In this document: positions 13,203-25,162 of the stretch, piece after piece
Layout of the letters: each line of letters starts with the position of its first letter
Numbering within the stretch: position 1 is the first letter of the stretch
Assembly: GCF_006345805.1 (NCBI RefSeq)
Contig: NW_021835991.1
Span: 248,001-312,000, forward strand
Source of the DNA: Octopus sinensis
Taxonomy: Eukaryota
Direction of reading: 5' to 3'
DNA: 64,000 nucleotides
Program-made: the position numbers and the translations under genes
The notes under the pieces: generated by a model
The model's database searches: none
What the model was told of the DNA's origin: nothing
What the model saw: the letters and a program-made list of their open reading frames with translations, nothing else

Positions 13203-15004
13203 CTACCAAAAATAAGCCAAGATCAGGACACCGAAAAAAAATATCATCTCGATCAATTTCCATAATTAGACGAAAAGTGCTTAATAATCCGAAATTGTCT
13301 CGTAAACAACTCTCTACTTACTTGGGCGAGGTAGGATCACCAGTATGCTCACAGACTGCCCTAAGAATAGATGAGGTTCCATAAATGTTGTCCACGTAAA
13401 GTTCCGCTGCTTACAAAAAAAACGTCCATGCACGGTTAAAATATGCCAAAAAAAATTTACTTCAAGACGACGACTTTCTAAATAATATTATTTGGTCAGA
13501 TGAGACAAAGATAGAAATTTTTGGGCAGAATTATACAAGCTACGTGTGGCGTAAATCAAAAGATGAATATCGCCCAAAAAATACCATACCAACAGTTAAA
13601 CATGGCGGGGGCAGTATTATGCTATGGGGGTGTTTTTCTTCTTGGGGAGTTGGGGAACTTCATGTAATAGACGGAATATTGAATGCTTCTATATACTGTG
13701 ATATTTTGGAAAAAAATATTTTTTCGTCAATTGAGAAATGTGGTATTGTGGGAAATCGGACATTTCAACAGGACAATGATCTAAACATACTGCAAAAAAA
13801 AACTCAAAAATGGTTAGAAGAACATTTAATTAATATCCTTGAATGGCCAAGTCAGTCCCCAGATCTAAATCCGATTGAAAATCTTTGGAAAGAATTAAAA
13901 GCCAAAGTATGGGCACATAATCCAAAAAATATCACGGAATTAAAATCATTTTGTTTCGAAGAATGGAATAAAATTCCCGTAGAAACTTGTAAAAAGCTTG
14001 TGAGCAATTATAAAAATCGTTTAAATGCAGTTTTGGAGAATAAAGGATACTTTACAAAGTATTAAGGGATTTGTCCCATGACTAATTAGCATTTGATTTT
14101 ATGACTGTTTGTTTTAAAATGTCAAAATTTTCTTAAAATAAATGGATTTTGGATTATTTTTAAATGTTTTATTATGTAGAAAACTCTGTTTCATTTGTTA
14201 GCCTTTAGAAAAAATTAAAGAAAAACAGCCATGTTAAAGAAAATAAAAATTTAATTAAAAATAACAAGTGTCCCAAGACTAATTTGACCCACTGTAAACT
14301 TATAGTTGTTTGATGAAACAAGCCCTCCGCAGGAGCTAGGTCGCGGTGAGCGAAGCGAGCTGCCGAGCTAGTTCTACATATTTTAGATTTCTTGCAATTT
14401 ACAAGAGAGATTTTTTCTCAATTTCTTTATTCTATCTTTAATGGTGAAAAAATCAAAATTATTGTGTTTTTGTATATCATCGATTTCTTTATCTGCTAGA
14501 AAATTGGTCAACGAACAAAAATATCAATATTTTTTGGATTTGATAATTAAGTGATCACAAACTCATTAAGGAAAGCTTGATTCTAACTAAATTACATTCT
14601 TTACTGCTATAACTCTACTATGAAAATATCTTAGAACTTTGAGACAGCTTTATTTCATTTTAGGACTACTGCAATAATCTTTACTTCTCATTTGCAAGAA
14701 GATAGTATTTGTGTTATTTCTCTACCAAAACTTGTGGAAAAATTCCAACTTTGATTAAAATTATTTCATTCTTCTGTCTTGTAAACAAAAATATTGAGGT
14801 TTATTGAAATAGATTCTTGTTTTAATTGGCAACTTTGATTTTGGAAATTTGGGTCGACATTATAGACACATCAGAATGTCCTTTTAGTTTACTGCCTGAT
14901 CATCCTTACGTTTATCATAACCGAATGTACAGTGCCTGACAAAAAAAATTGTAGGAAATTGAAATTTATTTTAATAAGAAAAAAATAAAAGAAAGAAATA
15001 ATAG

Positions 15005-15238
15005 CTAATTATTGTTTCTGTTTCTGAATCGATTTCTAATATCATCACATCGCTCCGACAAAAATTGTATAAACTGTTCAATTATGTTGATCACATTTAT
15101 ATCATCCAGCGTCTCCTGTTCGTTCAACCATATGTTTAGCTGATTAAGAATAGATATTATGTTGATAATTTCAACTATTTCATTCTCAAAATTTCCAGTA
15201 TTCTCATTATTTTCCGGGGTTGGAATTCTTTGCACCAT
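15005..15238 (-). CDS. 77-aa acidic microprotein, family copy B
   Basis: MVQRIPTPENNEN...WL...DDINVINIIEQFIQFLSER; intact ORF. Confidence 0.6.
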   Translation of the reverse strand: MVQRIPTPENNENTGNFENEIVEIINIISILNQLNIWLNEQETLDDINVINIIEQFIQFLSERCDDIRNRFRNRNNN

Positions 15239-15639
15239 TTCTGCTTTTCTTCATTTTTTGCTATTTATAATAATATTCAACGCATGAGAAGATTTTGTTT
15301 CAATCTAATATTTTTTATGAATTGTAATTTGTCATTAATTTTATACATATTATGAGTAATTTATATTTAACATTATTGTGACTCATTTCTTTTGCTAGTT
15401 TGTTAATTTAACGTTTACCAAACAGTTAATATCATAAAGAAGTTGTGAGATGCATCCATTTGCACGTTTGCAGACAGTTTATAGCAGCGATTCTCAAGAA
15501 TTTTGAGCCAGGCGTCGCACAAATTAAATCTTTTATTTATAGAGGTCGCACGATTTTTTTGTCAACTAAATGAAGAAAATATATTTGTTATTTCAGTTTA
15601 AACGGAAAAAAACACATATAATTTTTGTTTTCCCACACT

Positions 15640-15805
15640 AAATGGGATTAACACCAAACTAAGTGGGATTAGCAGAAAACTAAGTGGGATTAGCAGAAAG
15701 CTAAATGGGATTAGCAGAAAACTAAATGGGATTAACGTCAAACTAAATGGGATTAACATCAAACTAAGTGGGATTAATACCAAACTAGATGGGATTAACA
15801 CCAAA
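15640..15805. repeat. 21-bp minisatellite, about 8 units
   Basis: Unit AAACTAA(A/G)TGGGATTA(A/G)CA(CC/GA). Confidence 0.95.
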
Positions 15806-15899
15806 AAATTCTTTTTTTAAATTTTATGTTAACCATATTTAGTGTGTCGGCAATATTAAATTAAATCTTCTGGAAAATTGGTTAACGAACAAAAATATC

Positions 15900-16760
15900 A
15901 ATATTTTTATCTATTAAATTAAAATATTTAAAACTACCTCAACGCGTTTATTCGATAAAATATTAATTATTTCTGCAGCAGAATATACGGAGACTCAAAC
16001 TTATCCATTCGCAATTCACGATTAGTTCCACAGTTTTTTAACCCGAACCTATTTATTAATGTTTCTAGTTGGTACTTTATCTCTCACGCTAAAAGTATAC
16101 TTACTATTATTAGCATTCATTCTCCTGTTCATAGCTTTGTAATAACCTGAATTTTCATCGATTCGACTGATTTCAAAATTGAATTTCTTCGCAGTTGGAA
16201 ACAAATTGTCTGACTGGGAATAATCTAAATATAGATTTTAAATTGACTTAAATGAATTTTCAATAGATTCTAAAGTCGAACAATTAACAAAATTCTCCAT
16301 TTGTTACTAAGTCACAAACTCATCACTTAAATTATCAAAGAAAAATTTGATATATGTATAACCATGGGTTATTGAATTTATTCCCTTTATTCCTCGATAT
16401 CTTTCGAAATGACTTTCGTTAGAAGATAAATTGACAGGCACGTTGTAGATGTAGAAATCATTTTTTAATTTATCAACCAACTTTTTTCGCTGTTGTCCAC
16501 TATTTTTGACAACTTCCTGGTTATCGTATGATTAAATCTTTATCGTTTGATTACAATTCCTTGAGCACGAGGATTATTGGGCCTTTTGTGGATTTGTTTG
16601 ATGTTTAAATCAACGCATAGTTGTGTTGTTTCTTGATTTTTAAATTCGGACCCATTGTCCGATTGAAGAAATTTGCATGGTCCATTTAGGTGAAATAAAA
16701 ATCTAAAGTTTTGAGACAATTCTTTACAAAACTTATAGAGATCAGTATTCAATTAAAAGT
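15900..16760 (-). mobile_element. Ginger2/KRBA2-like integrase remnant
   Basis: FLQSDNGSEFKN...LNIKQIHKRPNNPRAQG (rve second Asp and P..PQ.QG region). Confidence 0.75.
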
Positions 16761-16789
16761 TAAAGAAAATCTGTTATTTAGTATTTAAT

Positions 16790-16843
16790 TAGCAGCAGAG
16801 GATAAGATGGAATGGCAATTCCCACGCAAGATGGCTATACCAT
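16790..16843 (-). mobile_element. About 55-nt CRE 3' terminus
   Basis: Minus strand reads IAILRGNCHSILSSAAN*. Confidence 0.65.
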
Positions 16844-16909
16844 TTTCAAGTCAATTTGACAATTACAAACTTCAAATGTCATCTGGATAATTCAATTTGT
16901 CAATTACAC

Positions 16910-17590
16910 GGGTGACTGGCTCAAAGCTCTCCCCACTCCTAGTACGGGGTTACTACTGGACGACGAATCCTTGCGGATTGGGATCAGCTTACGATTGGGT
17001 TTGGACATCTGCCAGCCCCACCCTTGCCGGTGCGGGTCCTCAATTTCGTCAAACGGCTTGCACGCCTTGTCGTGTAAGAAGAGTGCCGGGAGAATTCCCC
17101 GTCACACTCATCTGAATGACGTTGTGAGGAGGGCTCTAGAGTCGGCTGGTTTCCCTTCCACCCTAGAGCCAGTCGGCCTTTCCCGGAGCGACGGCAAGCG
17201 TCCCGACGGGATGACGACCTTTCCTTTTAGGGAAGGCAAGTCCCTGGTTTGGGATGCCACGTGTGTCGACTCTTTTTCGGCGACATTGCTTCCCAGGACT
17301 GTCGCAAACCCGGGTGCCGCCAGTGCGCTGGCTGAAGAGACAAAGAGGACGAAATACCGGTGTATTTCGGACGCTTTTGAGTTTGCCCCCCTCGCCTTCG
17401 AAACCTCTGGAATCTCGGAAAGGCTGCGACTCAACTCCTCACCGCCATTGGTAGAAAAATCTCCACAAAAACAAACGACCGGAGGGAGACGAGCTGGCTG
17501 TTCCAGCGAATCTCGGTTGCTGTGCTCCGCGGAAACTGCCACTTAATACGCAGCGCGGCATCGTTGAGCTGACCCCCAGGCTCTCGACAA
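16910..17590 (+). mobile_element. CRE-clade retrotransposon 3' fragment (RLE domain)
   Basis: GDWLKALP...LRLGLDICQPHPCRCG...LSCKKSAGRIPRH...DGKRPDG...WDATCVD; CCHC finger plus PD-(D/E)xK nuclease; one frameshift. Confidence 0.9.
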
Positions 17591-17734
17591 TTCCCTTAGC
17601 CACCCAATTGCTTTAAATTCTTTGTTGTATTTTTTAGCGAAATCTAAATTTAATAAAATGTACAGGAAACACCAAAAAATGCTTTCTTTATTTAAAGTGA
17701 TTCAGTTTAATTCAAAATTCACGAATTTTGCATT

Positions 17735-18115
17735 TGTCAATTATAAATTTCAAATGTCATCTGAAAAAATCAATTTGTCAATTACAAATTTCAAATGTCA
17801 TCTGAAAAAATCAATTTGTCAATTATAAATTTCAAATGTCATCTGAAAAAATCAATTTATCAATTATAAATTTCAAATGTCATCTGAAAAAATCAATTTA
17901 TCAATTATAAATTTCAAATGTCATCTGAAAAAATCAATTGTCAATTAAATTTCAAAGTCATCTGAAAAAATCAATTTGTTAATTATAAATTCCAAATGTC
18001 ATCTGGATAATTCAATTTGTCAATAACAAACTTCAAATGTCATCTGCATAATTCAACTTGTCAATAACAAACTTTAAATGTCATCTGAAAAAATCAATTT
18101 GTCAATGTCATCTGA
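17735..18115. repeat. About 43-bp satellite, about 9 units
   Basis: Unit TCAATTTGTCAATTATAAATTTCAAATGTCATCTGAAAAAA; related units at 16850-16908. Confidence 0.95.
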
Positions 18116-18379
18116 AATAATTGAAACATATGAAAATTTTGGCGATTGACAGTCTCTATGTTCCTCTCTTGGAGTTAATTTGAGAACAGCTTATCATTGG
18201 ATTGAAAATGGTCTTGCAAATGCAAATCTATAAAAAAATTAAAAAACCAACCTACTATAAATTTCAATGACCGTTAAAATTCATTTGAAATTTTCGTTTA
18301 GTGTTTAAAATCTTTTAGGATCTATCATGTCTATATGAATACGTTCATTTGGAAAATAAGCGAACACATGTTGATTTAT

Positions 18380-18760
18380 ATCTCCGATCGACAATTAAAA
18401 AAATCTTGAACTTTTAAAGGACGGGAAATTTTGCAAACTTCACAATTTCGAATGACTTTTTTGATAACCTCATTCTTGAGGTGAAATATCTTTGTCGACA
18501 TTCATATTCAATTTTATTTACTCCTCCGTGAGAAAACTCGTGTGATGATTTCGCAACAAACTCCATTTCGGTTTCATTATCGAACGATATGACTAACTTG
18601 GGATCACTTGATTTAAGATAAAGTCTGAAAATTTATTTCAAATTTACAAAACCTGCCACTGATAATGATGAAATTCTCCAGCTTCTTTGTAAGTCTATAT
18701 TTTCGTTGCCTCAGAAGATTTTCCGGAAATTTTTCATGTAGTGCATCTTTTAAAATCTGA
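18380..18760 (-). mobile_element. Ginger-like integrase Zn-finger region remnant
   Basis: Degenerate frame containing SHIVR...KVIRNCEVCK. Confidence 0.45.
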
Positions 18761-18944
18761 TATTCAACGCAAGCTTTTAAAAAACCCTTATAAAGGCCAT
18801 TCCAACAAAAGAATCTTTCATTCTAAATATCACGCTAGAAATTAAGGTTTGTTGCTATAAAAAATAAAATCTTTATAATCAAAACATTTATAAATAAAAA
18901 CTAATCTAATGAGATCATGATACAAATCGGATATACAAAATTAA

Positions 18945-20240
18945 ATGTCAAATGATCAAAAAACATTTTCAAGGAAACTTTCCACATTCTATCCGGAACC
19001 CAACTACCTCGATAGTGCAGCCAAATACTTCAATAAAGTGATACTCGAGGAAAGGGAATTATATGTCCAAAAACGTTTCCGGAAAAATATCAAAAAGAAA
19101 ACAAAACCCAGAAATTATCGACTGATAAAGGAAAGAAACTTCCTCAAACGCAAAAAATTTCTAACCAAAGAAACAACAGAGAAAAAGGACACTGAATATG
19201 GTGATCTGAAGCAAGGTAGACAGTCAAAAAAGCAAAAAGCCCGGAAGGATATCATCAGCTATGAAAAGAAATAGTCCACTATCTAGGATGTGAAAGATGC
19301 TACGTAAATTTCGGGACTATGATGCACAGACAGGTGTGGAACCTGGTGACTCACTGAATATGAACAAATTTATGAAGCACTGTGTTTCAATCAGCTACAA
19401 ACCATATCAGAAACACAATAGGCCACTAAATTCTGTGCGAAAACCAAAAAAGGGACTGCTACCAACCCCTTTTCTACCTGATCAAGTCACATTGGTAATT
19501 TAACACACAAAGAATACAATTTCGTGTAGTCCAGACGGAATACCAATGATTCTCCTCAGAGAAACTGGGTCCTGTAGCTATCACGGCATTAACGGCCATC
19601 TACAACCAGTCAGTAAATGAAAACAGTATTCCAAATATATGGAAACAATCCAAAATCCATCCAATCTTAAAACCTGGGAAGGAGAAGAACAAACCAGATG
19701 CAGCCTTTCAAAATGGCTTCAAGAAAGGACTATCAACTACATCTCATTTACTGTCCCTGAAACAATTTATTACAAAAGGGCTGGAAAGGAAACCAAAACA
19801 AGAAAAAAAGATTGTATGCTCGATTGATAATCACAATGCTTTTGAAACGGTTTCCCGAAAAATTCTTACGCAGAAAATTTACTCGTTGAATATGGAACCA
19901 AATTTAAAACTATGGCTCGCCAATTTTCTGAATGAACGTCGGAGTAGAGTTTACAAAGGCAATCGAAGATCTGCTTAAAAATACTAGGGATCACCTTTGA
20001 CACCTTTCTAACCTTTACTCCCCATACGGAAAACGTGTTGATGAAATGCAATAAGAAACTAAACTTTCTTAAAGCATTTCTTGGAAACTTGGAAGACGCC
20101 AAAGGAACTTACGGATTAGAGTCTCTATACACCCAATACATTAAACCGACAATTGGTTACGGATGTACAGTATGGGGAAGCAATCTAGCATATACAAATG
20201 TCAAAAAAATCAACAATGTTCAAATGGAGATTGTAAACCT
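18945..20240 (+). mobile_element. Degraded Jockey/I-like LINE reverse transcriptase
   Basis: SPDGIPMILLRE; GITFDTFLTFTPH; YIKPTIGYGCTVWG; many deletions. Confidence 0.65.
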
Positions 20241-20649
20241 TCTAGCGAATGAACAAAATTCAACCAAAGTGACTAGAAGAAATCGTGAAAGAAAACGGTG
20301 GCGACCTCAGGAAAAAAGTCCATGTTCGGGATCCTCGACCTCTTAGATAATGCGCTGTAGAACACAGAGAAAAAATGCGAAGGTTTCTAAAAGAGGCTGG
20401 GATCACCTGAAATAATTAATTATGGTTATGAAGGTGTTTTGGATCTAATAAATAAAAAAGGTCAAAAAATGTAAAGGGCTGCCGATATGAATATCTTCTG
20501 AAATATATAAGATCTGCAATATAACGATCTTTAGGACATCGGGCAATAATTTAGAGTGATAAATGGCTTTGTTGCCATTAATTTTTTTTGACTAGCTAAT
20601 AAATAAATAGTCAATACTTGGCAATGTACACATTTGTTTAAAACAAAAA

Positions 20650-20919
20650 AAATATCTTCTCTCATTATATTGTAGAAATATTCCTCAACATACTAATATG
20701 TCTATCCCGGCCAAAAAGATTTTTATTATGCTAAAACTTCAATAAAGCAAATAAACTACACAAATTATCTTGAATTTCCTTTCTTATCTTTAGCTGCAAG
20801 AGACTGAGACAGTTGAATATTACAGATAGAGCTGCCTGAGTTTGACCTCTTTGATTAAACAAATTGATTATTTCCAATTTTTGAGAAAGTGTAAGATCAC
20901 GACGTAAGGAAGATGACAT
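20650..20919 (-). mobile_element. pogo/Tigger transposase N-terminal HTH remnant
   Basis: RRDLTLSQKLEIINL...TQAALSVIFNC (CENP-B-like HTH). Confidence 0.6.
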
Positions 20920-20924
20920 GTGTT

Positions 20925-21355
20925 ATTATTATTATTAGCACTTCCCGTAGGAACATAAACAAGGAAAGGAGAGAGTTATATTCCCACACGTGCCACACAC
21001 GATACAATCTTCTTCGTTTGCCATCCTCTGCGGTTTTGTGCAAGCCATCGCAGTTTGTCCAAGTCCTCGCATTTTTTCAGGGTTTTGCCAACGTTTTTCA
21101 GATCGTGTTCCAGCGCAACCTGCAGTGTTGTGCGAGGACGTCCGCAAAACTTTGGGCTATCCGAGAGAAAGTACTCTTCCATGGCTTGGTAAGCAGGTGA
21201 GGACGGGTCCATTCTCAGGACGTGTCCGAAGAGCCTCCAGCGGCCATTTATGATGTCCTGGCTGACTGGCACCGAGTTACTGAATTTGTAGAGCGATGAG
21301 TTGTTAATTTTCTTAGGCCAATGCAGACCATTTAGGACGCGAAGCTGTTTTCTGT
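20925..21355 (-). mobile_element. RTE-clade LINE 3' end with (TAA)n tail
   Basis: GRWRLFGHVLRMD...GRPRTT...LAQNRRGW, followed by TAATAATAATAA. Confidence 0.85.
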
Positions 21356-21489
21356 GAAACTCGTTTCACATGTGTTATAATGATTAAATTTTAAAATTAC
21401 GAAGAAAAAATATTAAATGTACGTAAAATTATTTTTTATAATATTTGACACGAGGTAACAAAATTAGAACCATACTATAAAGAAAAGAT

Positions 21490-22170
21490 TAAAGTGGTGA
21501 CATACGCAGACGATGTTGATTTTATTTCCTCCGACAGGAATGATATGGAAAGCTTGTTGGAGCTGATGGCAAATAAACATGCTGAGTGGTTCCTCAATGT
21601 TTGGAGACGAACAAGACGTGATAAAGCGCAAAACACACCCAAACAACGCACTACGCAGCCTAAAGGAAATTTGGCTAAAACGGAAATGACTCAGTACACA
21701 AACACGGATACGCTTATTCAAATTACTGGTAAAACCTATTCTCCTTTATAATGCCAGAACATGGGGGCTTTCTGATACGAACAATTTGAAGCCAGATTCC
21801 TTTATAAAGACCAACTTTGTCGCACTCTAAGCTCTAAATGGCATTCAAGGCTCAGCAGTAAAACAGTTTATGCCAGAACATCAAGCAAACCAATCTCTGA
21901 TGCAGATAGAGGCTATCCGGACACATCCTAATGGTGGATTTGGATGCACCGGCAAACATTGCTATGGAAGACTATTTCATAACTGACGGCTTTTGTTTCC
22001 GTGGAAGCCCAATAAATACTCTCTTGGTGACACTGGAAATAGACCTTTGGAGTATCGGAAAACTTTTAAGGACGGGGACTATCTTGACGCATCGGCCAAA
22101 AAAGAGGGAAAGGTCCAAACTAATAACTCTTATTTTTTCTTGTGCTGCACAAGCTTTGTCATGATCCATT
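21490..22170 (+). mobile_element. RTE-clade LINE RT fragment
   Basis: YADDVDF catalytic motif and a 3' region homologous to 20925-21355. Confidence 0.75.
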
Positions 22171-22299
22171 GCATCGCGAAAGTGCATAAATAATAATAGG
22201 GTAACAAAATGGGCGATTTTCAGAATAGGACTGTGACAATAATTAAACTAAATAATAAAAATAATCATTATATCAATAAATAAAGAGTCAAATCACGAG

Positions 22300-22850
22300 T
22301 TTAGACTAAAATAATTGTTCAATGCTGCTTTTCAACTAAAAATCGTATTTTCGAATAATTGATTGATCATTTGAATTTCGTTAATATTAAAAGTATCGTC
22401 TTGAGTATGATACTTTTTATATTATGCAAAATTTTAAACGCCTCTTCATGATTTATTTTATTTGCGAGTGTTATTTCATCAAAAATACCACGTGTTTGTT
22501 TTTCATCATCGTTTTTGAGGGATTCTTCTATTTAAACGTGTAATCAAAAAATCTGATTGTTCCATTTGATCAAAAATATTAAATTGCTTTACTGTCTCTT
22601 CATATTTCTCAATCATATAGCTAGAAGATTGGATTTTTTCTTCACATGGAATCCACTTTGAATGCTGAAACAATTTTTGATAGTTTTTTCGGTTACTTTA
22701 CTTTAACTAGAAAATGTAAATAAAAGTCCATTTTTATTTGTTAAATTTTTGTATTACTCAAGAAAAGCATATCCGCATTCAATTTTCCGAAGAATTTCAT
22801 TAAATTTAAATTTGAACATAATTGCTACATATAATTTTTATTAAAATCGA
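22300..22850 (-). mobile_element. pogo-like transposase C-terminal remnant
   Basis: KVTEKTIKNCF motif (compare KKVTTKTITNCF at 51744-52034). Confidence 0.45.
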
Positions 22851-23399
22851 GAGGCCAAATGGTCAACAATTTTTTTATTTTCTGGCAATAATTACATACT
22901 GACGTCATGCTCAAGAAAAAAGACAGTATAAGGCTTCGCTTCGTAGGTAATTATTTTTTAGATGGCATTATTATATATAAATTCAAAAAAATAATTTTAA
23001 TTATGCTATAATAAAATATTCGTTTTATTCAAGTTAATTTTATTTGGAAAACCTAATGTAATTAGATAACCACGTCATTACTCATTATTTGTTTCGTTGT
23101 GCATTGTTTTCTTGTTTTATTCAAATTTTATTCTCCTCTATTAATGGTTAATATTTTATTAAAATTGATTAAATATATTGTTGACTTACAGAATTTCATA
23201 TAATATTTGAATTTTTTGTAATTGAATTGATTTTATTTTCACAATAATTTAATCTTTTTTACATGTTAACTATTTTGTATTGCTTTGATTTGTTTTTTTA
23301 TCTTTTAATTATCCCTATATCCAATTGCTTTGTTGTATTTTTAAATATTACTGAATTTCATATAATATTCGATATTTTTTAATTGAATTGGTTTAAATT

Positions 23400-23880
23400 C
23401 CGTGCATCTGTGGGACGGGAGCTTGTCCCATTCACAACGCATATGGCTGAAACCCGCAGTTATTCCAAAGCAGATGAGGTTGTTAGCTTCGCCTCTGGAG
23501 TCCTGCGTAAGCTTTCCGACCGGAATGTCGGCTCCATTACGAGAGTACCTTTCAAAATTAAAGTCTGATTTGAGAGTTTCCTGTAAATGGAGGTCAAGGT
23601 CGTCGTTCGAGATCAGTGAGGGATTCTCTTTAGGATCAAGACTGAGACTTTCTCAATTACTGAGACAAGTTTATGGTCGCCTTTGCCAAACATTTTGGTT
23701 TTCGAGAGCTCTGTCTTGAAAGAAGCTGCATCTTCGGTGCATTGGAATTTTAGATTAAAGGAGCCGGACTTCTGCATGTTATCCGGGCTTTCAAAGCAGT
23801 TGGCAATTTTTTTAAACTTTTTGATCTTTTCAATTCCATCCCAATGGCAACTGTCTATAAATTTGAGTTTTGCGGTTGGC
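23400..23880 (-). mobile_element. LINE ORF1/gag-like remnant
   Basis: GC-richer frame SGSFNLKFQC...VLILKRIP...; no RT adjacent; weak motif match only. Confidence 0.4.
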
Positions 23881-23930
23881 ATTTTAAGTTGTAATAAAGT
23901 AAAATATATATCAAATCAAAAGAGAAATAG

Positions 23931-24015
23931 TCATTGGCAGATAGCCAGAGTATTGCCTCTGACTATGGCTATAGATATTCTTTCGATTAAATACCGGTGC
24001 TCACACGGGTCGCCG
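23931..24015 (-). mobile_element. Ultra-short CRE 3' terminus
   Basis: TGDPCEHRYLIERISIAIVRGNTLAICQ*. Confidence 0.75.
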
Positions 24016-24089
24016 GTAACCCAGTTTGTAATTGTAAATCTGAAGTTTGTAATGGACAAATTGACTTGAAAATGATATAGATTAAAACA

Positions 24090-25162
24090 TGTCACAGTCC
24101 AGACGTGCGTCACGCCGGACGTGAGTCACTTTTTAAAAATTTATAAAAATAAATAAAAAATAACTAAATAGATATACCTTACTCCAATTATACCATATTA
24201 GTGTTTTTTATGTCTTTTTTGTGGATAAAAGTTCATATTATTCCCCCACAAAAAACAAACATAACGCATTTTTGACCCGACATAACGTTTTATCGATTAA
24301 CTTGAATTTTTTTTATTTAGAAACAATTTTAAAATATTAAAAATTATTTTTTTAATTTCCTTAGCCGACTAAACTGTACTTTCTCAATAATATCCCTTTC
24401 CTCATTTTCTAAGTCTAATGTGCCTCCGTCCTGTTTTATCACTCTGTATGCAGATGTATCTATCTGGTCATACAGAGGATATTTTCTCGTGTTTTCATTT
24501 ATATCTTGATCCATCCGTAAAAGTGCGTAATCTCCAACTGATATTTCCTCTTCATCAAATCTCCATCTTCTCCTTTTTTTTCATTTTTCGGCCGCACGCC
24601 AACCCTAACCCTAATTCTTACCCTACCCCTAGATACAATTGATTAACCTCATTGTGTGTTGAATAGAGCTAACATATGTCTGCATAGATTTTTGGACGAG
24701 CAATAGTGTATCATTTAATTTAAGTTAGCCGTGTTCAGCTTACAAAAATAATTACATGTTTCAAATCTATTTTAAGAAATGAATCCAATAGTTTCGGATA
24801 TTCAATCTCTTTCGAATCAACTGCACTATTCTTCAAATGTTCAAAAGTTTTTAGGTTGCTAATTCTACGTAATTCTTTACGTAATCTAAAACATTCTACG
24901 TAATCTAAAACGTTCTCTTCTACTGATTCCGTCATCAAATGATCCAAATTGTTTAAAAGTTTTTATTTTCAATAAATCATCTTGTAATAGTGTAATTAGA
25001 AACATTTGATAACTTGCAAAATTTAAAAATAAAACACTATATATATAATATTAATTAAGAAATTGTGATTTTAGAATGATTTTATTATATAGAAAATATA
25101 AAAATATCCAAAATCTGACCAAGTGACTCACGTCCGGCGTGACTCACGTCTGGTCTGTGACA
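24090..25162 (-). mobile_element. Internally deleted Ginger2/Tdd-like DNA transposon
   Basis: About 40-bp TIRs TGTCACAG(T/A)CCAGACGTG...GTGAGTCAC, 5-bp TSD AAACA (24085-89 and 25163-67); interior reads EEISVGDYALLRMDQD...YRVIK...QFSRLRKIK like an integrase C-terminus. Confidence 0.8.

Larger units (their letters stand above)
10739..14294 (+). mobile_element. Tc1/mariner DNA transposon with long TIRs and TA TSD, interrupted by inner Helitron
   Basis: TIRs CAGTGGGTCAAATTAGTCTTGGGACACTTG at both ends, TA at 10737-8 and 14295-6; HTH N-terminus 11088-11244; DDE domain WSDETK...TVKHGGGSIMLWG...FQQDND...WPSQSPDLNPIENLW ending 14065. Confidence 0.95.
8678..14371 (+). mobile_element. Non-autonomous Helitron (outer copy), split by a Tc1 insertion
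   Basis: A|TCTTAATAATAAAATGG 5' end, (GTCT)n microsatellite, PIF1 helicase tail, 3' end with GC-rich GCGAAGC hairpin region and CTAG|T at 14368-14371; A/T insertion site. Confidence 0.9.

Noticed and set aside
17108-17542. Long antisense ORFs over CRE fragments (also 25254-25763, 36056-36310, 39405-39875, 4279-4617)
   Set aside because: Shadow frames of GC-richer retrotransposon coding sequence
24596-24632. CCCTAACCCTAA telomere-like repeat
   Set aside because: Only about 2 perfect units, inside the Ginger2 remnant; too short to call an interstitial telomere
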